From assembly GCF_032444005.1 (NCBI RefSeq), contig NC_091289.1, forward strand, positions 5,704,001 to 5,768,000: 64,000 nt of DNA, given 5' to 3'. Source of the stretch: Ranitomeya imitator. Lineage: Eukaryota. Position 1 is the first letter of the stretch; each line of letters starts with the position of its first letter. Both the position numbers and the translations under genes were made by a program. The notes beneath the pieces are model-generated. The model had not been told where the DNA came from. It was given only the letters and a program-made list of their open reading frames with translations, and did not search any database. This document shows, in pieces, positions 38,255 to 49,104 of this stretch.

Positions 38255-39135
38255 ATTAACCAAACCAAGGAAATGGAGCAGAGCATGAACAAGGCAAGAA
38301 AAATAGTGTGGAACATTGACCTAACCTAACAAAATGGTGAAGAAAATGGACCAAACCAAGTAAAATGAAGACAAACATAAACCAGACCAAGGAAAATGGT
38401 GAAGGACAAGGACCAAGCCAAAGAAAATGGTGAAGAACAAAGACCAAGTCAATGAAAATAGCATAGGACTTGGACCCAGCCAAGAAAAATCATGAAAAAA
38501 AGGAACCAAACCAAGGAAAATGGGGTAAAGCATGAACCAATCCAAGGAAAATGGCAAAGAACATGTACCAATCCAAGAAAAAGGGTGAAAAACATGGACA
38601 AAGCCAAGGAAAATGGTGACGAAAATGCACTAAACCAAGTAAAATGGAGACAAACATGAACCAGACCAAGGAAAATGTGGTAAAGCATGGACTATTTCAA
38701 GGAAAATTGCAAAGAACATGGACCAAGTCAAGGAAAATGGTGAAGAACATGGACCCAGTCAAGAAAAATTGTGAAAAACATGGATCAAGCCAAGGAAAAT
38801 ACTGAAGATGGACCTAGTCAAGAAAAACAGAGAAGAACATGGACCAAGACAAGGTAAATGGAAAAGAAGATGGACCAAACCAGTTAAATTGGTGAAGAAC
38901 ATGGATTAAACCAAGAAAAATGGAGAACGTGGATCACATTAAGGAAAGTTGTGAAGAACATGGACCAAGTCAATAAGAATGGAGAAGAGTATGGACCAAA
39001 TCAAGAAAAATGGTGGAAAACATGGACAAATAAAGAAAAATGGTGAAAAACAGGAACCAAGCCGAAAAAACGTGGTAAAGAACATAAGCAAAATAAATGA
39101 ACATGGTGAACAAGTACCAAACCACATAAAATAGT
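38255..39135. repeat. Degenerate 31-bp A-rich minisatellite (further copies at about 41140-41930 and 46720-47960)
   Basis: Unit AACATGGACCAAGCCAAGGAAAATGGTGAAG. Confidence 0.9.
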
Positions 39136-39887
39136 GAAGACTCCCCATCTTGCATAACAAAGCCCTGAGCGGAGCTTATACCGTGCTGCATCTTCTGATG
39201 ATCCGGGGTTGAATCGTCTCCTGGATTTGCAGGAAACGTTACATCTAATCACTATTATCATGGTGATTGTGTCACTTTGTAGCTTTCGCATTCCCGGTAG
39301 CTTTTATTTTTTGCAACACAATTATAGAAAGGGTTGAAGTTGTGCATAGAAAAGCGGAGGATCATCTGGTGGCCGCCGTAATAGGAATCCACCACAGTGG
39401 GGCGTGCAAGATGCCGATCGGTTGCCCTGGAGCAAGTGTCCACAATTTGTGTCTTTTCTCATAAACAAAGAAAAATGTGCTAACTTTTTTAACCTTTCTC
39501 TAAATGGTCTCATCAGTCAACACTTTAGTGTCCGCTGGAACCTGTTTGTCTTCTCCTGTCATGTCTCCCACATAGCAGAAGTGCGGCCATTGCACTGCCG
39601 TCTTCTTATATTTGTACTCATAGTACATTAAGTACTAGGATAGTCTTAACCTATACGAAAGCAATAAAGAAAAGAATGGTGATCGAAAAATGATTGACGG
39701 GAACTATAGATAAAAATCTGCGTTATAGCCTCCCTTCATGCCTATGACTTTCTATCTTTTGACCACAATCTTTATGACTAATTAATCAATAATGGTCTGG
39801 ATCAGTTCAATTTATTGGAAGATGAAACAAACAATGTACGAGTAGAAACATCCTAGAATATGGAAAATAAACATTTTCACTAATATG

Positions 39888-40912
39888 ATAAACTCGATCA
39901 AAAGGTCACTATATAATTACTGTGTGTAATTTGTAATATTCAAAAACCCACTTAGAAGTCTAATACGCCGCACGAAGCCATAGACCCCTATAATACACAC
40001 TAAACCATAGTAAAATCAGTAATTTTATTAATAATATAATAATGCCAACAATAAACAATAAACAAAGAAAAAACCTCCAATGTACACAGAACGGACCTAT
40101 ACACATAACACCAAGATAATATTTGTCTAAGTATACAATGGCAAATGCCAGACCAAAATACACAAACTGCCTATTTATGCCAACAAACACTGGCCAGACA
40201 GTAAATCATCATACAATCAGAATGGCTCAGTGTGATAGGGAAGAGCACTATAAGGTAGATTAAGCTACTTGTTTAACTGCCAAACGGCATGTATATAATG
40301 TAGCGCAATCACCGAAATGATGCTATTGCCACTGCAACCGAACTATGGCAGAAGGAAAGGCAAGCAAAAAGTACACTTACAAAAGTATGTGGTGTCCGTA
40401 GTCCGTTCCTTCACCCCCTGTTCCTTCACCCCAGAGGGTGAAGGAACGGACTACGGACACCACATACTTTTGTAAGTGTACTTTTTGCTTGCCTTTCCTT
40501 CTGCCATAGTTCGGTTGCAGTGGCAATAGCATCATTTCGGTGATTGCGCTACATTATATACATGCCGTTTGGCAGTTAAACAAGTAGCTTAATCTACCTT
40601 ATAGTGCTCTTCCCTATCACACTGAGCCATTCTGATTGTATGATGATTTACTGTCTGGCCAGTGTTTGTTGGCATAAATAGGCAGTTTGTGTATTTTGGT
40701 CTGGCATTTGCCATTGTATACTTAGACAAATATTATCTTGGTGTTATGTGTATAGGTCCGTTCTGTGTACATTGGAGGTTTTTTCTTTGTTTATTGTTTA
40801 TTGTTGGCATTATTATATTATTAATAAAATTACTGATTTTACTATGGTTTAGTGTGTATTATAGGGGTCTATGGCTTTGTGCGGCGTATTAGACTTCTAA
40901 GTGGGTTTTTGA
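39888..40912 (-). mobile_element. Hairpin insertion with about 480-bp arms and a 15-bp TSD, Penelope-like architecture
   Basis: Arms 39938-40416 and 40436-40914, 19-nt spacer, 50-nt unique tail. ATTTTCACTAATATG is duplicated at 39873-39887 and 40913-40927. Paralogous empty sites at about 38030 and 46502. Confidence 0.8.
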
Positions 40913-42323
40913 ATTTTCACTAATATGTCAGAGCAGTTTACATGAAATTATATCAGGGCTTGTTTGGATGAGCAGCCCAGGATCCAGTAACTATCATCAA
41001 GATGTCCACGATAGGGTCTAGAAAAATATAGACTTGTGCAGTCCTCAATGGCATTTTCTATTGATGTAAAACCTCCAGTTCAGAAAAAGAGGACAGGAAA
41101 AGTGACACCATTCAATATTTCAAAGAGTATTAGGAAGAACATTAACCAAACCAAGGAAATGGAGCAGAGCATGAACAAGGCAAGAAAAATAGTGTGGAAC
41201 ATTGACCTAACCTAACAAAATGGTGAAGAAAATGGACCAAACCAAGTAAAATGGAGACGAACATGGATTAGACCAAGAAAAATGGAGAACGTGGATCATA
41301 TTAAGAAACGTTGTGAAGAACATGGACCAAGTCAATTAGAATGGAGAAGAGTATGGACCAAATCAAGAAAAATGGTGAAAAACATGGACAAATAAAGAAA
41401 AATGGTGAAAAACAGGAACCAAGCCAAAAAAAGTGGTAAAGAATATAAGCAAAATAAATAAAAATAGTGAACAAGGACCAAACCAAATAAAATAGTGAAG
41501 TACATGGACAAAGATATGAAAAATGGAGAGGAACATGGACCAAGCCAAAGAAAACGAAGAAGGAAATGGAAAATGTTGAAAAATGTGGGCCAAACCAAGG
41601 ATTATAGTGAAGAACGTGGACCAAACAAATGGACATGACGAATAACGTGGATCAAACCAAGGACAATGGTGAAGAACATAAGCGAGATCAAGGAAAATGG
41701 TCAACAAGGAACAAACCAAGGTAAATGGTGAAGAATGTAGACTAAGCCAAGGAAAATGGCAAAGAATGTGCACCAAACCAAGGAAGAATGTGGACCATGG
41801 CAATGTAAATGGTGAAGAATATAGAACAAGCCAAGAAAATGGAAAAGAATGTGGACCAAAATAAGGAAAATTTTGAAGATCATTGACTAAACCAAGGAAA
41901 ATCTTCTTCAAGAACTGAAATGACCGGGCATATGCTCCATCTCTTAGTGGAAAATATTATTATCATCTCATCATTTATAGAATTTGGAAAATTCCAAGTA
42001 TAAATACAACCGCCATGCAGATTTTAGGAAACGCATTATCACTTAGATTTTTTGCTCATTGTTCTGCTGCGTTGTCTTGCGATGCCTGTGATGACACAAA
42101 GCTTATTCTTCATTATGCCAGACGTATTGTTCAGTAGGTCAAGGGACATGAGCCATTGTTCATAGGAGCCTGTACATTGACTCTTGTATGTTAATTTGTT
42201 GAATGCCTGCTGATTACGTATCGTATCAACCCCTTGCGGTTTACTAGTCTACACACCTTGAAGAACAAAAATACAGGTTAATTGAACAATTAGGGATTAC
42301 CTCCCCCGTCCTTCCCCCAATCC

Positions 42324-44255
42324 TGTGAGAATGCTCTGATTGAGAGCTGTGGAATATAAAAAGGGGCTTCTTCTATCTACAGAGAGACTCTGGAGCTGGA
42401 AAACACATGCTATGGTCGTGAATGATATCTGCCATCTGGAAGAGTACAGGCTGTGACTACAGACTACAGGTCCTTCTCAAAAAATTAGCATATAGTGTTA
42501 AAGTTCATTATTTACCATAATGTAATGATTACAATTAAACTTTCATATATTATAGATTCATTATCCACCAACTGAAATTTGTCAGGTCTTTTATTGTTTT
42601 AATACTGATGATTTTGTCATACAACTCCTGATAACCCAAAAAACCTGTCTCAATAAATTAGCATATTTCACCCATCCAATCAAATAAAAGTGTTTTTTAA
42701 TAACAAACAAAAAAACCATCAAATAATAATGTTCAGTTATGCACTCAATACTTGGTCGGGAATCCTTTGGCAGAAATGACTGCTTCAATGCGGCGTGGCA
42801 TGGAGGCAATCAGCCTGTGACACTGCTGAGATGTTATGGAGGCCCAGGATGCTTCAATAGCGGCCTTAAGCTCATCCAGAGTGTTGGGTCTTGCGTCTCT
42901 CAACTTTCTCTTCACAATATCCCACAGATTCTCTATGGGGTTCAGGTCAGGAGAGTTGGCAGGCCAATTGAGCACAGTAATACCATGGTCAGTAAACCAT
43001 TTACCAGTGGTTTTGGCACTGTGAGCAGGTGCCAGGTCGTGCTGAAAAATGAAATCTTCATCTCCATAAAGCATTTCACCTGCATTCCCCAGGTAAAGCC
43101 ACTTTTGAACCATAAACAGCGGCAGAGGCGCCTGACCTGGGCTACAGAGAAGCAGCACTGGACTGTTGCTAAGTGGTCCCAAGTACTTTTTTCTGATGAA
43201 AGCAAATTTTGCATGTCATTCGGAAATCAAGGTGCCAGAGTCTGGAGGAAGACTGGGGAGAAGGAAATGCCAAAATGCCTGAAGTCCAGTGTCAAGTACC
43301 CACAGTCAGTGATGGTGTGGGGTGCCATGTCAGCTGCTGGTGTTGGTCCACTGTGTTTCATCAAGGGCAGGGTCAATGCAGCTAGCTATCAGGAGATTTT
43401 GGAGCACTTCATGCTTCCATCGGCTGAAATGCTTTATGGAGATGAAGATTTCATTTTTCAGCACGACCTGGCACCTGCTCACAGTGCCAAAACCACTGGT
43501 AAATGGTTTACTGACCATGGTATTACTGTGCTCAATTGGCCTGCCAACTCTCCTGACCTGAACCCCATAGAGAATCTGTGGGATATTGTGAAGAGAAAGT
43601 TGAGAGACGCAAGACCCAACACTCTGGATGAGCTTAAGGCCGCTATTGAAGCGTCCTGGGCCTCCATAACATCTCAGCAGTGTCACAGGCTGATTGCCTC
43701 CATGCCACGCCGCATTGAAGCAGTCATTTCTGCCAAAGGATTCCCCACCAAGTATTGAGTGCATAACTGAACATTATTATTTGTTGGTTTTTTTGTTTGT
43801 TATTAAAAAACACTTTTATTTGATTGGATGGGTGAAATATGCTAATTTATTGAGACAGGTTTTTTGGGTTATCAGGAGTTGTATGCCAAAATCATCAGTA
43901 TTAAAACAATAAAAGACCTGACAAATTTCAGTTGGTGGATAATGAATCTATAATATATGAAAGTTTAATTGTAATCATTACATTATGGTAAATAATGAAA
44001 TTTAACACTATATGCTAATTTTTTGAGAAGGACCTGTATACCTGCAGGAGATACAAAAGTTGGGAGACCGTGGTTATCGTCTGGTACGGGGGCAGTGGAA
44101 TTACCGTTCCCGGGTTGGGATCTCCTAGACTGGAGGCATTATGTGGTGGCCATCTGCCCGGAATTGCTGTAAGACTGTGGAGGTAAGGAATAAAAATAGT
44201 TGCATTGTTAACCTGGCTGGGTGATTATTACAACCCGCCACCTCAGATCTTCACA
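42324..44255 (+). mobile_element. LTR-like segment (about 360 bp without the insert) interrupted by the fold-back Tc1; uninterrupted copy at 48375-48730
   Basis: tgtga...tcaca ends, TATAAAAA at 42355, AATAAA at 44189. No convincing TSD was found. Confidence 0.5.
42467..44036 (+). mobile_element. Fold-back Tc1 derivative: 5' half replaced by an inverted copy of the 3' 612 bp
   Basis: ta|caggtccttctc...gagaaggacctg|ta. Arms 42467-43078 and 43425-44036, 346-bp spacer. The DDE domain ([26 protein letters not shown]) is intact but there is no HTH. Empty TA site in the paralogue at about 48512. Confidence 0.92.
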
Positions 44256-44629
44256 ATGCCTCAGATAAAGTATTCACAAACATCAAAGGCCACGGATCCC
44301 AAAAAGGGAATCTCAATTATCATTGCTTATTAACAACCAAAAATTGTGCAATTTACTGACAGAACACCTGGATATAATTATGCCTGGGAAGCCCGATGCC
44401 CCACATTTCCAGGTGACAGTGAGGAAGAGAACGAAAGCTCGAACCTGCCCAAAAAGAGATTGAGACAAATGTATCTGAGACATTCACAAGGAATCCAGCA
44501 ATGAGTACAGAGAGACCAATTAAATACGAAGGAACCGGAAGACAGAAAATGAAAAAGTATTACAACATGATCATAAGGTGGAAAAAGTCACAGAATCACC
44601 CCAAAAATAGACATTCAGTAGCATCAGTA

Positions 44630-45970
44630 CAATACAGCAGTATTATAGTAGTTATATTCCTGTACATAGGAGCAGTATTATAGTAGTTATATTCTTGTAC
44701 ATAGGAGCAGTATTATAGTAGCTATATTCTTGTACATAGGGGACAGTATTATAGTAGTTATATTCTTGTAAATAGGAGCAGTATTATAGTAGTTGTATTC
44801 TTGTACATAGGAGCAGTATTATAGTAGTTATATTCCTGTACATAGGAGCAGTATTATAGTAGTTATATTCTTGTACATAGGGGACAGTATTATAGTAGTT
44901 ATATTCTTGTAAATAGGAGCAGTATTATAGTAGTTATATTCTTGTACATAGGGGGCAGTATTATAGTAGTTGTATTCTTGTACATAGGAGCAGTATTATA
45001 GTAGTTATATTATTGTACATAGGGGCAGTATTATAGTAGTTATATTCTTGTACATAGGGGGCAGTATTATAGTAGTTATATTCTTGTACATAGGGGGCAG
45101 TATTATAGTAGTTATATTCTTGTGCATAGGAGCAGTATTATAGTAGTTATATTCCTGTACATAGGAGCAGTATTATAGTAGTTATATTCTTGTACATAGG
45201 GGACAGTATTATAGTAGTTATATTCTTGTAAATAGGAGCAGTATTATAGTAGTTATATTCTTGTACATAGGGGGCAGTATTATAGTAGTTGTATTCTTGT
45301 ACATAGGAGCAGTATAATAGTAGTTATATTATTGTACATAGGGGCAGTATTATAGTAGTTATATTCTTGTACATAGGGGGCAGTATTATAGTAGTTGTAT
45401 TCTTGTACATAGGAGCAGTATTATAGTAGTTATATTCCTGCACATAGGGGACAGTATTATAGTAGTTATATTCTTGTACATAGGGGACAGTATTATAGTA
45501 GTTATATTCTTGTAAATAGGAGCAGTATTATAGTAGTTATATTCTTGTACATAGGGGGCAGTATTATAGTAGTTGTATTCTTGTACATAGGAGCAGTATA
45601 ATAGTAGTTATATTATTGTACATAGGGGCAGTATTATAGTAGTTATATTCTTGTACATAGGGGGCAGTATTATAGTAGTTGTATTCTTGTACATAGGAGC
45701 AGTATTATAGTAGTTATATTCCTGCACATAGGGGACAGTATTATAGTAGTTATATTCTTGTAAATAGGAGCAGTATTATAGTAGTTATATTCTTGTACAT
45801 AGGAGCAGTATTATAGTAGTTATATTCTTGTACATAGGGGCAGTATTATAGTAGTTATATTCTTGTACATAGGAGCAGTATTATAGTAGTTATGTTCTTG
45901 TACATAGGAGCAGTATTATAGTAGTTATATTCTTGTACATAGGAGCAGTATTATAGTAGTTATATTCTTG
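44630..45970. repeat. 35-bp AT-rich satellite
   Basis: Unit TACATAGGAGCAGTATTATAGTAGTTATATTCTTG. Confidence 0.95.
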
Positions 45971-48900
45971 TGCATAGAAAAGCGGAGGATCATCTGGTGG
46001 CCGCCGTAATAGGAATCCACCACAGTGGGGCGTGCAAGATGCCGATCGGTTGCCCTGGAGCAAGTGTCCACAATTTGTGTCTTTTCTCATAAACAAAGAA
46101 AAATGTGCTAACTTTTTTAACCTTTCTCTAAATGGTCTCATCAGTCAACACTTTAGTGTCCGCTGGAACCTGTTTGTCTTCTCCTGTCATGTCTCCCACA
46201 TAGCAGAAGTGCGGCCATTGTGCTGCCGTCTTCTTATATTTGTACTCATAGTACATTAAGTACTAGGATAGTCTTACCCTATACGAAAGCAATAAAGAAA
46301 ACAATGGTGATCGAAAAATGATTGACGGGAACTATAGATAAAAATCTGCCTTATAGCCTCCCTTTATGCCTATGACTTTCTATCTTTTGACCACAATCTT
46401 TATGACTAATTAATCAATAATGGTCTGGATCAGTTCAATTTATTGGAAGATGAAACAAAAAACGTACGAGTAGAAACATCTTGGAATATGGAAAATAAAC
46501 ATTTTCACTAATATGTCAGAGCAGTTTACATGAAATTATTACAGGGCTTGTTTGGATGAGCAATCCAGGATCCAGTAACTATCATCAAGATGTCCACGAT
46601 AGGGTCTAGAAAAAGATAGACTTGTGCAGTCCTCAATGGCATTTTCTATTGATGTAAAACCTCCAGTTCAGAAAAATAGGACAGGAAAAGTGACACCATT
46701 CAATATTTTAAAGAGGATTAGGAAGAACATTGACCAAACCAAGGAAATGGAGCCGAGCATGAACAAGGCAAGAAAAATAGTGTAGAACATGGACCTAACC
46801 TAACAAAATGTAAAGAAAATGGACCAAACCAAGTAAAATGGAGACGAACATAAACCAGACCAAGGAAAATGGGGTAAAGCATGGACCAGTCCAAGGAAAA
46901 TGGTGAAGTACATGGACCAAGCAAAGGAAAATGGTGAAGGACAAGGACCAAGCCAAAGAAAATGGTGAAGGACAAGGACCAAGTCAAGGAAAATAGCATA
47001 GGACATGGACCCAGCCAAGAAAAATCATGAAAAAAAAGGAACTAAACCAAGGAAAATGGGGTAAAGCATGGACCAGTCCAAGGAAAATGGCAAAGAACAT
47101 GTACCAATCCAAGAAAAATGGTGAAGAACATGGACAAAGCCAAGGAAAATGGTGACGAAAATGCACTAAACCAAGTAAAATGGAGACAAACATGAACCAG
47201 ACCAAGGAAAATGTGGTAAAGCATGGACTAGTCCAAGGAAAATGGCAAAGAACATGGACCAAGTCAAGGAAAATGGTGAAGAACATGGACCAAGCCAAGG
47301 AAAATGGTGAAGGACAAGGACCAAGCCAAGTAAAATAGCATAGGACATGGACCCAGCCAAGAAAAATTGTGAAAAACATGGATCAAGCCAAGGAAAATAC
47401 TGAAGATGGACCTAGTCAAGAAAAACAGAAAAGAACATGGACCAAGACAAGGTAAATGGAAAAGAAGATGGACCAAACCAGTTAAAATGGTGAAGAACAT
47501 GGATTAAACCAAGAAAAATGGAGAACGTGGATCACAAATAAATTAGTAAAGTACATGGACAAAGATATGGAAAATGGAGAGGAACATGGACCAAGCCAAA
47601 GAAAACGAAGAAGGAAATGGAAAATTTTGAAAAATGTGGGCCAAACCAAGGATTATAGTGAAGAACGTGGACCAAACAAATGGACATGACGAATAACGTG
47701 GATCAAACCAAGGACAATGGTGAAGAACATAAGCGAGATCAAGGAAAATGGTCAACAAGGAACAAACCAAGGTAAATGGTGAAGAATATAGACTAAGCCA
47801 AGGAAAATGGCAAAGAATGTGCACCAAACCAAGGAAGAATGTGGGCCATGGCAATGTAAATGGTGAAGAATATAGAACAAGCCAAGAAAATGGAAAAGAA
47901 TGTGGACCAAAATAAGGAAAAGTTTGAAGATAATTGACTAAACCAAGGAAAATCTTCTTCAAGAACTGAAATGACCGGGCATATGCTCCATCTCTTAGTG
48001 GAAAATATTATTATCATCTCATCATTTATAGAATTTGGAAAATTCCAAGTATAAATACAACCGCCATGCAGATTTTAGGAAACGCATTATCACTTTGATT
48101 TTTTGCTCATTGTTCTGCTGCCTTGTCTTGCGATGCCTGTGATGACACAAAGCTTATTCTTCATTATGCCAGACGTATTGTTCAGTAGGTCAAGGGACAT
48201 GAGCCATTGTTCATAGGAGCCTGTACATTGACTCTTGTATGTTAATTTGTTGAATGCCTGCTGATTACGTATCGTATCAACCCCTTGCGGTTTACTAGTC
48301 TACACACCTTGAAGAACAAAAATACAGGTTAATTGAACAATTAGGGATTACCTCCCCCGTCCTTCCCCCAATCCTGTGAGAATGCTCTGATTGAGAGCTG
48401 TGGAATATAAAAAGGGGCTTCCTCTATCTACAGAGAGACTCTGGAGCTGGAAAACACATGCTATGGTGGTGATATCTGCCATCTGGAAGAGTACAGGCTG
48501 TGACTACAGACTATACCTGCAGGAGATACAAAAGTTGGGAGACCGTGGTTATCGTCTGGTACGGGGGCAGTGGAATTACCGTTCCCGGGTTGGGATCTCC
48601 TAGACTGGAGGCATTATGTGGTGGCCATCTGCCCGGAATTGCTGTAAGACTGTGGAGGTAAGGAATAAAAATAGTTGCATTGTTAACCTGGCTGGGTGAT
48701 TATTACAACCCGCCACCTCAGATCTTCACAATGCCTCAGATAAAGTATTCACAAACATCAAAGGCCACGGATCCCAAAAAGGGAATCTCAATTATCATTG
48801 CTTATTAACAACCAAAAATTGTGCAATTTACTGACAGAACACCTGGATATAATTATGCCTGGGAAGCCCGATGCCCCACATTTCCAGGTGACAGTGAGGA

Positions 48901-49104
48901 AGAGAACGAAAGCTCGAACCTGCCCAAAAAGAGATTGAGACAAATGTATCTGAGACATTCACAAGGAATCCAGCAATGAGTACAGAGAGACCAATTAAAT
49001 ACGAAGGAACCGGAAGACAGAAAATGAAAAAGTATTACAACATGATCATAAGGTGGAAAAAGTCACAGAATCACCCCAAAAATAGACATTCAGTAGCATC
49101 AGTA

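Noticed and set aside
5185-44036. The three long palindromes as long-read fold-back artefacts
   Set aside because: Each has a proper TSD (15 bp, 15 bp, TA) and a few arm mismatches, and two have empty paralogous sites in the window.
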